In this document: positions 53,801-64,000 of the stretch, piece by piece
Numbering within the stretch: the stretch's first letter is position 1
Layout of the letters: each line of letters starts with the position of its first letter
Assembly (NCBI RefSeq): GCF_964355755.1
Contig: NC_092675.1
Span: forward strand, 8,551,812-8,615,811
Source: Antedon mediterranea
Lineage: Eukaryota; Animalia; Echinodermata
DNA length: 64,000 nt
Direction of reading: 5' to 3'
Notes under the pieces: generated by a model
Told to the model about the DNA's origin: nothing
The model's input: the letters and a program-made list of their open reading frames with translations, nothing else
Database searches by the model: none
Made by a program: the position numbers and the translations under genes

Positions 53801-56800
53801 TAATAAACGATCTACAAGCAATTAAACCACATGGATTTCCTTCTGTCCCAAGGCTTCTTAACAGAGTCTATGATAAGGTAATGTGATTCATTTTTCTAAA
53901 AAACTTGTTTGTTTATTGTTGATTTCTCTCATTATTTTCCCAAAAAAAAAAATTGTTTGTAAATATGTATTATATTTTAAATAGGACAAAAAGTTTAATT
54001 TAGTAATAAAAAAAAAAAAACAATTGCTTGTTGCGAATATTTTTCATTTATGATTTTGTAAAGTTAAAGATGTATTGTCCCCCAAAAACATGCAAAAATA
54101 AAGATGAATTAAATCAGACTTTCAATAGGCTATTTTGTAGTTTTAATAAAGTTGAAAAAAAAAACCGAAAACATATTATGTTTTCACTTATAAAATAACA
54201 TAATAAATTGTTAAATTCAATCAAAAACCCATTGGCTGGCAGCAAATTTTACCATTTTTTGCTTTAAATTCAGTTTTTTCAGGTAAATACATTTTTTCGA
54301 TCAAATTTTTGGTCAAAGTGAATAACTATTATGTTACATTAAAATGGCATATTCAACAAAAATGTTGTTCAGAATTATTTTTTCAGGGGGACGATACATC
54401 TTTAAACCTATCATTAAGAATGTTACAGCAAATTTGTTTATAAAATATATTTAGGATAGCAACTGTGGTAGATACAAAGATTATATTATGGTGATACTAT
54501 GACAATAATGATGAAACTGATGGTGCTGGTCAATATAAAGCAAATAATAAATTATTTTGAACATTTTTGTTTTCATTTATTAGATAATTCAAAGTGTAGA
54601 ATCTGGAAATTGGCTTAAAAGAACTTTGTTCTACGTGGCATTAAATGCAAAGAAAAAAGAAGTTCGCAAAGGAATTGTTAGAAGAGATACTATATGGGAC
54701 AAACTGGTTTTCTCCAGAATTCAAGTTAGCTTTTTTACTCTTTATCATACAGTACATTCAGGGGAAAAATGGCAAAAGGTTTCCTACTTTCTAGGAGTTT
54801 TATCAGATAATCTATATTTTTTTTACTACTCTTGTGACCACAGTTTATTTTGCCATTTTCCCCTGACTGAGTACACAGTCTTAAACTCTGTCTACAAAAA
54901 AATGTTATGGGCCCAAACATAGTAGTATAATATGCCCATAAAGTGTGATAGTGTAGACATAATACACAAACCCATTTTAAGTCCAAACTTGATATAGAAA
55001 ATATATCATTCAAATAGAGCTAGGTCAACATCAAATTTCCATCTCAATTTTTTGCTAGTTTTTTTGAAGTTGTGTTTTATTAGGTAACCATTTAGAATTG
55101 ATTACCTTGTTTATTTCTTTCTGTACAGATTTTTGTGTACCGATTATCCCAAAAATTGTTGTCTCAATGATTTTCAAATTTTTTACAATATCCAGTAGCG
55201 GATCCAGGGGGGTGTATCCCCCCCCCCCTATAAATCTGGAGAAACAAAAATTATCCTACCATAAGGAAAACAAAATGTGAAAAAAGCGTAAAAAAAGAGT
55301 ATAAAGTACTTTCACTTTTGATTAAAACACATACTCGGGCCACGAACAATTCGTACAAAGGACACCGCTGGCAGTCAGCAAGCATAAATAAAAGTGTATA
55401 TAAGTCAAAAATGGAACGCTGTGGTTACCTACGCATCATCATCATAGAGGATAATAATGTTGTAATTGTGGTAACTGTGTACTGTAGTATAAATTAGCAA
55501 CCAATTTTTTTCCTAGGCCACCCACCCAACGGTATCAATACCTTTTTATATTTACATATTTAATTTCTTCAACAAATTTATGTACATAAATGAATATTGA
55601 GCTATAATAAGCATTAAATGTGCGCTTTTTTCGGGGTTTCCCCTAGATGTACGTGATCGCATTGAACAAACTGTTAATCGTCCTGTAATTAGTCACGTGT
55701 GTTTATTGGAGGGAAAAAGTATGATCGTTTTGTTCATTGGTAGCATGCTACATATGAGAGTGTCTTTTCCTGCAAATTAGAGGTGTCATTTATCATGAAT
55801 TTTATGTGCGAGAGTACCATTTCTTCCGGCCATCTGGGGCGTCATTTAACAACTTCGCTTTGCCACAGGTCTTGTTGACGGCCCTGGACAAGCACCTTTT
55901 TCTGTATGTGCAAATGCTGACTTGCGCGAAACGCCCTGTTGTGACGCTCAAAATAGGCCTATAGGGAAAATGTCACCCTTTAATAGGCTAGTACCTCAGT
56001 TTTCATATTTAAAATATCAATTTTTAATACATTTATTTAACGTGAGAGTGCCATTTCCGACCATCTAGAGGTGTTACATTTTCAAAATCGCCTCAACTTA
56101 GGCTGAGTTGGTGCTGACTCTCTACAGTTGCGCCCCACTTTCACAAAATCCTGGATCCGCCCCTGATATCTGTATCAAAATACTAGCCATGATAAGCTTT
56201 TAAGCATGACCACTCAACTGTGATCATCAGGCCATTTTGTGAATTCACCATATCAATCATAATTTCATAACTGCATTTCAAATATCAATTAAATTCACTA
56301 CACATAACTTTATGTATAATATATAGATATAAGCACAAAAAACGTTGTGCCATTGCTCGTCAAAATTTGAAAATGCTCAAATTCAATTTCTAATCCAATT
56401 GGACTTTAGAGCATCGTTCAGAACATTTTTGTGTGTCCAGTACAATTACTCCTGACCAATTAGTTTACACTTTAATTTTGCTATTTTGCAAAATTGATTG
56501 ATAAAAGCTGTAGTATTTTTTGATTGTGAAGCACCTCTTCTATACTATGATAGGTAAAATGCAAAGCTCAACTTTATAGGTAGTATTATGTTAAAAAAGC
56601 TATTGGATTTTGTGACATTATCTTATGGTCAGCTGAAATTAAAAAGTAGTTTTCTCATCTCTTTTATCAAAGTTATACAGATTTAAAAGAGCGCTCACCA
56701 CACTTCTACGTGTGAAATATTCTTCCAAATCTTTATATCTTTTTGCTTAAATCATTATCTTCCGAAAATATCATCTTCATGTTTGGTTTTGATAATGTTG

Positions 56801-59800
56801 GCATACGAAATCATAAGTGTATTATACAGTGCATACTGTATACAGTATATTCTCTATATTAATGACACATAATTGGCACAACTCAGCACAATGCATATGA
56901 ATCAGGTCATAGGATGGCATGCATCAATTTTTTGTGCTTGAATTTAAGATTTTCTTAACTTAATTGTCGTTAAAATTATCTTTATCACCTATAATTCATC
57001 AAACAAAGTGACAAATTAAATTCTAGTTTACATTGATATTTTAAGCATACACAGTAAGATAAAACAATGTGTACAGTAAATAAAACCATGGAGACCTCCA
57101 TTATAAAACCAATATAGAATAGAAATTTATTTATTTGTGCTTACCAGTAATTTGTTTCTTTTTTATAGGATATGCTTGGAGGAAATATTAAGGTGGTGTT
57201 CACAGGAGCTGCCCCTTTAAGTTCAGAGGTCATGACATTTTTAAGATGTTCATTAGGATGTCATGTGATTGAAGGATACGGCCAGACAGAGTCTGGGGTT
57301 GCAGTTACATTTACTCTTCCAGGGGATCATTCAACAGGTTCCCATTTGAATATTATTATAAAAGCACTTGTTACTGTAGATTATAGCAGTACATACAACG
57401 ATTCAGCATGAAGCAGTGCGTTAGCATTCGGATTTTACTTTGTCAAATCCTTCCTTATTCATTTGTCTACTGTATATTCGAGGCAACCATCTCATCCCAA
57501 GACCAAAAACTCTGTAATCTTTGATGTTACCAAGCTTCCTCTATTTTTATTACTCTTCCCTTACATTCAAAAGGCTAAACTCTTTCTTTCCTTTCAATCC
57601 TATTCCTTCAGATTTAAGGAAGTGCATTACTTTTATTGTTATTGTTATTGATTATATTATTTTATTCAATTCAATATACTGTATTAGTTCATTTAGTTTT
57701 AATATACCTTTCTATTAAAAAATTCTAGAAAATGTGTATATTTTTGTTTAGGTCATGTTGGTCCACCAATCTCATGTAATATGATCAAACTTGTTGATGT
57801 TCCTGATATGAATTACTATGCAGCAAACGATGAAGGAGAGGTATGGACTTTTATTTTGTTTATGAATGTGGTGGATGAAGGGAACATTTAGTAAGGTTGA
57901 TGACAGGTGGAGGAGGGAAATAGGTTTTTTAAAAAAGGCGAAAAGACAGGTAGAGTAGCTTGTTTGAAAGCTTATGATTATGACGTGTGACTGTGGAGTT
58001 TAGTTTAAATTCATCGGTGACTACTTCTTTGCATGCAGCTAAAGTAAAATGAGTCACACAAAAGTGTGTAGTCACAGAGTCCCATGCATATGAAAAAGCA
58101 ATGTTTTGTCTCTGCTCACGCTCATGATTTACAAAATGTTTTCAGTGTGGTGAAATAATTACGATATTGTTTCCTGATAACAAAAAAATCAGATTAAATA
58201 TAGTTGTTTATTTGAACCATTGGGCCTAGAGGAATCTATGATAGCCTGCTACCTACTCACTAGCGGCCTAAAATACTCTAGAGTAGTTTAGTACACTACC
58301 TAGCTCAGGCCATTCTTAGCTCCTTCACCGCGTGCATCGTTCAGACCAACCCAGCTTACTAGCTAACTACCCTCCCCACCCTAGCTGTATCCATCCAATG
58401 TAGGGGGCCCCAGACTTTAAGTATTGAAGCCACATGTCGTCCTCCCCCCCCCCCACCCCTGTGGCGTAGCGAATTTTGATAAATGACACCCCCAGATGGT
58501 TGGAAATGGTACTCTCACGCACATAACATTCATGATAAATCGCACCTCGTACACGTGCATGTGTCAGTTTTTTTGTTTTTTTTAACAAAAGCAGCCCTGT
58601 CTATTTCCGTGCCTGCACTGCGCTGCCAAGAGGCCTAGCCTATTTCGTGTCTCATGTCTTGCAGCATCTGAAAATACATACATACAGTATTGTACATTAT
58701 TATTTTTTTTTTATTCGCACTAGAAATCAGGGCTTTCCTGTTATGTTAAAATTAAATATATTATTTATTATCCCCAGTAAAAAAAAAAACCATGTTTTGG
58801 GGTTTTTCGGGGGTATCGATAAATCTCGCGTCATGTGAGGAAAACTCTTTCTCAGCAAGTTTGCTTCATTAATAATGAGGCACTGTGACAAAAGACTTTA
58901 ACGGTGACGTCATTTTACCTTAGCTGTATGTTTTACATCTATGTTGAGAGGAATAAAGGGGGTAAAGGAATAAAGATGAAGGTTGGTTTTTAAAGAAAGA
59001 AAACTAGCATCACAACTTCACAATATATAATATATTAAATGAAAAAAAGTTTATTATGTAATAATATACAGTATCTATAGCAGAATACTACCAAGTTGCT
59101 TGTTTCTTTTAATCAGGTGTGCTATAAGGGTATAAACATCTTCAAAGGTTATCTTAATGATCCAGAGAAAACTAAAGAGGCTATAGATGAGGATGGCTGG
59201 CTCCACTCTGGTGACATTGGACAATGGCTTCCAGTGAGTGGCGTATAAAATATTTTTAAAAAGACCACATTTTAAACCGGTATTTTGCTGAGAAATGTCA
59301 TACAGATGCCCTTTATCTCATGATTATTATTGGGATTATTTATTTTCTAGACGTAATGGCCTCAATATAAATATTAGAGTGATAGAAACATTTTTGTTGG
59401 ATTCCCATAATTCCATAAAATAAATTGGCTGCGTCCAGTAAAACCCAAGATAATACATACTGCGGTGCATTTGTAGTATGAAAAGTGCAGCCTCAGTTGA
59501 TGGTAGTGGAAATGTAAAGATTCTTTTTTTGGAACTAAACTAAATAAATTAATGATAATGTAATCCGTCATATACAATGCCATTGAAAACTTAATTTATG
59601 AATTTATACATTTACCGGTAATTTGAATACGTACAAAATTTGTATTTATTTGTATCTTTAATAGAATGGAACATTGAAAATAATTGACAGAAAGAAACAT
59701 ATTTATAAATTAGCTCAGGTTAGTATAAAAACAAAGAAATAGATAATAAAAGTACAATAGTGTCCAACATTTTCAAATTTAGCTACAACGGAACACAAAT

Positions 59801-61126
59801 TTGACTACAACTGAACACAAATTTGACTACAATTGAACACAGATTTGACTACAACTGAACACAAATTTGGCTACAACGGAACACAAATTTGGCTACAATG
59901 GAACACATTTTTATTTAAAATTGAAAAAAAAATGTGTGTTCATTCGTATTTAAATTTGGTACCGGTACAACAGTTACAAACTACTCTACAGTCATTTAAT
60001 GATCATACCTTGGATATGGATAAACTCTATGCACATATTATATTGTTTCAGGGAGAATATATAGCACCAGAAAAAGTAGAAAATATTTACTTGAGAAGTC
60101 CGCTAGTAGAACATGTGTGGGTACATGGAGACAGTTTGCAGGTAAGATAGTATTCAACATACAAAAACAGGATACACTGTGACTTATGGAATAATGCCAT
60201 ACTGTACCACTAATTGTTTTCTTTAAGTCATTTTCTGTAGGCTTTGTGATACCAGACAGGGAAACACTACCAAAGTTTGCTGCGGATAGGGGGATTAAAG
60301 GGGAATTTGATGACCTCACAAGAAATAAGGTAAAACATTAGACCTTTCACCCCTTGTACCTAAAGAGCCAACAATATCGGCATCGGCAAGGCCAACTCAC
60401 TCCTAGTTATGGTGAAACAAGTCTTCTCTTCTCTAGATAAGGACTATAAACTGTAGGTGTACACAGTTTTCCTGTGTGCATTTTAAAGAACCCAGTTTAT
60501 CATTTGAGACAAGTAAAGGGTTACCCTGTAAACTAGTTCACAAAATAGCTCCTGTATCAGGGGGATTACCACCTATCTGATAGGACAGTGATTAATTTAT
60601 AGACATAATTTTAATTATAAACCTGATCATGATAGTATATCAACCTAGACGTGAACATTTAAATATTGCAAATGCATGCACATGCACAATCACACATTTT
60701 TTGTTGTTGCCTTCTTACAATGTTCCAATTCGCCCTTTTTTTATTACAGGAAGTGAAAAAATTGCTTCTAGAAAACATGCAAGATGTTGGGAAGGAAAAT
60801 GGTTTAAAATCCTTTGAGCAGGTGTTGTATTATTACAATAGATTCAATTTACATTATGATTTCCTATAAACATTTAACAAACAAAATAACCTGAGAACCT
60901 TATAAGTTAATGTCTCATAATCCTCCTCTCATGTATGCTGTGTAGTTTTGAAATATTTACAATGCAGCTATTTGTTTTTATTGTTTTATTATGGTAGGTA
61001 AAGAAAATCCATGTGACACCAACACCATGGACTGTAGAAAATTCGTTGATGACGCCAACATTCAAGTTAAAACGTCCTGCATTCAGAACATATTTTAAAG
61101 ATGAAATAACAGAGATGTATTTATAG
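35838..61126 (+). CDS. ACSL1: Long-chain-fatty-acid--CoA ligase (ACSL1/5/6 family), 20 coding exons, ~681 aa
   Basis: Exons: 35838-35990, 42174-42288, 42779-42840, 43274-43375, 44843-44942, 45215-45387, 46285-46317, 52345-52396, 52840-52919, 53319-53396, 53743-53877, 54584-54724, 57169-57337, 57752-57840, 59117-59233, 59665-59718, 60052-60141, 60228-60329, 60750-60821, 60998-61126. All GT-AG with consistent phases, total 2046 nt. Motifs [75 protein letters not shown]. The symbol denotes the ACSL1/5/6 co-ortholog group. Confidence 0.93.
36352..36480. repeat. Exact tandem duplication of ~64 bp
   Basis: ATAAAGTAATATTTATATTAATATAACAATATTGAATTTAGGCAATATCAATCCTGTTCATGTG occurs twice in tandem. Confidence 0.9.
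38280..38508 (+). repeat. ~63-bp direct repeat pair
   Basis: CAGAATGGTTTTCGGTCTGGAAAGGTCATTATTACACTGTCTGGGGTGTTGATATTTATACAT at ~38280 and ~38446. Confidence 0.9.
38727..39076. mobile_element. TTAA-flanked MITE (Kolobok-like), copy 2
   Basis: TTAA-AGATATATTGTCAC ... GGAGACAATACATCT-TTAA; interior is the reverse-complement homolog of copy 3. Confidence 0.8.
40180..40520 (+). repeat. Dispersed ~340-bp repeat, copy B
   Basis: Colinear with 35355-35740. Upstream ATATTTCTTACAAAAAACGCTGCTC (~40149) also matches ~34594. Confidence 0.85.
41020..41400 (+). mobile_element. Degenerate Helentron-type non-autonomous element fragment
   Basis: Starts AACTAGACTTGAAGTCCTCGCTTTGATGAGT, similar to GACTAGATTTGAACTCATCATAGTGACGAG at ~45596. 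The right boundary is uncertain. Confidence 0.4.
44085..44596 (+). mobile_element. LINE 3' fragment with Cys/His knuckle and poly(A) tail
   Basis: [12 protein letters not shown], then frameshifted [22 protein letters not shown]. 3' hairpin GAGGCGCCTT..AAGGCGCCTC, AATAAA and an uninterrupted A run at 44574-44596. Confidence 0.75.
45594..46232 (+). mobile_element. Helentron-type non-autonomous element (HINE-like)
   Basis: ACTAGATTTGAACTC start, TGCGCGC-rich body like 16444-17176, and an AAGAATAAGATAAG simple-repeat end. Confidence 0.45.
47481..48268 (+). pseudogene. LINE ORF1 (coiled coil + RRM/CTD type), one frameshift near 47843
   Basis: [26 protein letters not shown] / [30 protein letters not shown]. 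Confidence 0.85.
48323..51300 (+). pseudogene. LINE ORF2: apurinic endonuclease + reverse transcriptase
   Basis: APE motifs HLNVRSL, ISETWL, GGGVAIY, YRPP, VGDLN, IDLIF, SDH. RT motifs YRPIS, QSGFR, DLKKAFD, YADD. The GVPQ motif is deleted ([13 protein letters not shown]) and there is a frameshift near 51080. Confidence 0.93.
53055..53143 (+). repeat. Short dispersed repeat (second copy at ~56524-56597)
   Basis: AAGCACCTYTTCTATACTATGATA..GGTAAAATGCAAA..TATAGGTAGTA..TTATGTTAAAA is shared between the two sites. Confidence 0.75.
53515..53588 (+). mobile_element. Isolated 3' tail of the CR1-like family seen at 3604-3878
   Basis: GAGGGGCTTATAGGCATAGCCTAGCCTCAACTCCGGACCCAGCAAATGCTGAGCTCCGGAAACAAATAAGTAA is the reverse-complement match of ~3615-3691. 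Confidence 0.8.
54064..54405. mobile_element. TTAA-flanked MITE (Kolobok-like), copy 3
   Basis: TTAA-AGATGTATTGTCCCCC ... GGGGGACGATACATCT-TTAA. Confidence 0.85.
54753..54873. mobile_element. ~120-bp MITE-like hairpin
   Basis: TCAGGGGAAAAATGGCAAAA pairs with TTTTGCCATTTTCCCCTGA. Confidence 0.65.
55193..56165. mobile_element. ~970-bp non-autonomous DNA transposon with CAGGGGCGGATCCAGG-type TIRs
   Basis: CAGTAGCGGATCCAGG ... CCTGGATCCGCCCCTG (14 of 16 complementary), with ATATC on both sides. Confidence 0.75.
59773..59908. repeat. Minisatellite, ~22-bp unit, ~6 copies
   Basis: (CTACAACGGAACACAAATTTGA)n variants. Confidence 0.9.
60340..60600 (+). mobile_element. Degenerate SINE-like fragment
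   Basis: GATAAGGACTATAAACTGTAGGT..TTAAAGAACCCAG..AAAGGGTTACCC resembles, from recall, the central domain of widespread invertebrate SINEs. No clear tRNA head. Confidence 0.35.
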
Positions 61127-61849
61127 TTTAACTTTGTCATGTCTGACATATACAATTATATTATAATTCCATATATGTTCACACAATACCAAAAGCCTCA
61201 GCCTCATGTTTACAGAATTTAGAATTCTTTCTTTTTGTGTTAAGAAAATCGATATATGGCCTGATGTGTAGTAGACTCAATTCAAGTGAAAATGTTTAAT
61301 CTCAACAATTATAGGCAACATCTTATACTGTATAAGTCAAAGATGTTCTCCTGGTGGGATGCCATCCTGAGATGAGTAGTAGTAATTAGTATAGTATTGT
61401 TTATTTTTAATTCATTTATATGTAATTTTACTTTCTATGGACGAGAGATTCCGAAATAAAAGATTAAATGAATGAATATTCAGTGGCCCAAATAAGTACA
61501 ATAGTGTAGGTGGGATAAAATTAAAGGATACGGTGTGGAAAAGTATACTTAAGGTTACTTATAATCCCAATTGTTTTGGAGATATAGCTGTTGCAACATC
61601 ATTTTGACTAGTCCACAACATTGTTTCTTTCGTTTGTTTATTGATTTTCCCATTAATTAAAGTATAATAATTTGAGAGGGCTAATGTTTCACATTGAGTA
61701 TGCAAGAGAATATAATTAGTTGTGTTGGAATTAATAAGTTTATTTGAGGTGAACCAGTCATTATATTTTACTAATTCATTATTGACTTTTGTGAATAAGA
61801 TATTTAATTTAAATCAGAATGAGATTAAAGGAGAGCAGCAAAGGAGATG

Positions 61850-62325
61850 ACTTGGAGGGCGTCACTTACTCTGTATAGATCATTTACATAAAAAATAAAT
61901 CGGTCCATGAACAGAGCCTTGTGGCACTTCGCATGTCATCTCCTCCTCTGGTGCTACAGTTACCAAATGAAACATACCGAGTCATATTACTAAGTACCTA
62001 CAAAACCAGTCTAAAGTTATACCTCTGATTCCATAATTATGTAATTGACTTGTATATTTTGTTATGTTTCTCCTACAGGAGGTGAATAAATTTGAATACA
62101 TCAATCAAAGAATTTAAAATCAACAAACACAGATAACAGAAATTGTCCTTTTTTCAAAAGAAGTTATGTTATTCATAAGATCAAGGATTGCATGAGTAGT
62201 AGAATATAGAAAACCGTAATGATAAGTATAAAGTACATTATTAAAATTAAGAAAGGCATAAAGACACGATTGCATTAGTTTTTCAATGATTTTAACTTTT
62301 CCAATTTTAAAACATTTGGGAAACT
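61850..62325 (-). mobile_element. Degenerate LINE RT fragment between ACSL and GTF2H5 3' ends
   Basis: Minus strand YGIRGITLDWFCRYL, EVPQGSVHGPI..YVNDL and HYGF-like fragments. Confidence 0.65.
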
Positions 62326-62668
62326 ACCTAAAGAAGAATGAATACAAAAAAATAAAAATGTTATACCATACCATTTTACTGTGTTTGTTCATGAATAAAT
62401 AAATTAAAATAGTCATCTAAGTTCCTAATTTACATATTCAAATTGCAGCATGGTACTATTCAATAGCCAATGCGTTTAGATTTTCAACATCCAACTCATA
62501 AACATTCAGCTTGTTAATGTTATACAAATATAACATATCACAAGGGGTTTATCATCAATCGGTACATTTCTTGTGTCAGTACAGTACATCAGCTACAATT
62601 GTTTTTAAATTCTACAGATGATGATTTCAAGCAAACTTTGTACATATTTATACATTCCATGTCAGTTA

Positions 62669-62861
62669 TTAGGATTTCTGCTCAATATTAGCAATATTAA
62701 AATTCAACTTGTCCATGAGGTCATTGACCTGAGATTGGAGTGCCTCTACAACATCTGCTGCAACAAATAAATGTGTCTCATCAAGATCAGCAACAATGAA
62801 GCGTTTCTTAAGAATTTCTTTTGCATCTAAATGTAGTAGAAATTGTTTCATAGTTGGGTCA
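62669..62861 (-). CDS. GTF2H5: General transcription factor IIH subunit 5 (TTDA/TFB5), last coding exon; first exon not found in window
   Basis: Acceptor TTACAG then (C)DPTMKQFLLHLD..RFIVADLDETHLFV..LQSQVNDLMD, the TFB5/p8 signature. The phase-2 junction fits the conserved split Cys codon. Confidence 0.9.
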
Positions 62862-64000
62862 CTGTAATTAAAAAAATCAAATATAAAACACAAAGAAGCA
62901 TCCTACCCTAAAGAAACAAAAATCGAAACATTGAAAATGTTTAAAAAGAAGATTGCATCATTCTCTTTTAAATGTTATGTTTTTTGAGATACAAATAAAT
63001 GAAACTAATAATTTTACAGTATACTAGGCAAATTGCTACTCAGTGAAAATTACCTATTTTATAAAGCATATAAACTCATTTTGATGTTGCTATTTAAGCC
63101 ATACAGGCTTAAACCTCACAGTATGCATTTAGGCTAGATATATAAGCTACTGTGAGGATACAGTCAAGTCGCCTTTTCGCAGAGTCTCCCTTTTTAACTT
63201 TAACATAATTTTTAATTCTTAATTCAATACCGTTTTTATATTTTTATAATAAGTTTTTTATTTAATAAATTATCATGCCAGCTAGACAAAGAAATAGTTA
63301 ATAGTGCCTCCTACTAGCCTATATTTCAGTCTGGTATCTATGGAGCGCCGCTAGATACGCTGTTTTAATCTTATCCGTTTCGTTTGAACAGTCGTGTTTG
63401 TATAAACGTGCATTTAGAAAAACTACAAATAATTTTGAATAAAAAGTGATTTTACCTCAATCGGTATTATTATTATTTAGAGTAAAATTAAAATATGAAT
63501 ATGTTTATTTCCTATTATACATAATTTGTATTTTCGTTTATTTAATGTTAAAGCCCCATTCCCTACGTTTTTAAGATCACAAACTATATATAATGTAAAA
63601 ATAATACTATATGGTCCTATTGCGATAACTTTTTTCGTCTTTAAACGGTTAAAAATATGAAAAATAAATCGATTCTAATAATTATAGCGGCCCGCTATAA
63701 ATCCCAAAATGCATTGCGCGCGGATTGATATTTTTGTTTTTCACCTGTAATTCGCCCACTTTTCGATCGATCGTGAAGCCAAAACAAATGGAAGACTCCC
63801 AAATTTTCAGCGAAAATACCGGGTTTTCCCCAATTTGTATCAACGGAGTCTGGCAAAAATAGAAAGACAATTAATGCAGCAACTATACAACGTCAGGCTA
63901 GGTATATAGCTAGCGTACGATGTTCGTACGTTATGATGTTTACCAGCTAGGCCTACAAAACTAAGCCTAGCTAGGCTAGGCCTAAGACCGTCCACGAGAG

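Noticed and set aside
54725-54922. Alternative ACSL exon suggested by ORF read-through
   Set aside because: Sequence after the donor at 54725 is a MITE-like hairpin with no ACSL homology.
62862-64000. First coding exon of GTF2H5 (expected MVNV.KG.L..C)
   Set aside because: No matching minus-strand sequence was found; it probably lies beyond the window end.

Overview
AT-rich, intron-rich animal genomic DNA, not prokaryotic. Gene content and repeats suggest a marine invertebrate, possibly an echinoderm-like deuterostome (inference). I reconstructed three host genes by hand from splice sites. (1) A complete 12-coding-exon ADAMTSL5-like gene on the minus strand (23467->8629, ~494 aa; signal peptide, TSP1, Cys-rich, spacer, NTR/C345C). 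(2) A complete 20-coding-exon long-chain acyl-CoA synthetase of the ACSL1/5/6 type on the plus strand (35838->61126, ~681 aa). (3) The last exon of GTF2H5/TFB5 on the minus strand. The rest is mostly mobile DNA: a MULE transposase remnant, a decayed Gypsy retrotransposon, a near full-length CR1/L2-group LINE inserted into an older RTE LINE, several other LINE fragments, a tRNA-derived SINE with a 14-bp TSD, Helentron-type non-autonomous elements, TTAA-flanked MITEs, two foldback elements built from tandem subrepeats, and a 3.3-kb 73/75-bp intronic satellite. The most unusual item is the Gypsy element. Its integrase is followed by a PHD finger, and then by a splice acceptor and an extra ORF with TatD-nuclease-like motifs in the position where env would normally sit. 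All family assignments come from motif recognition, not database searches.
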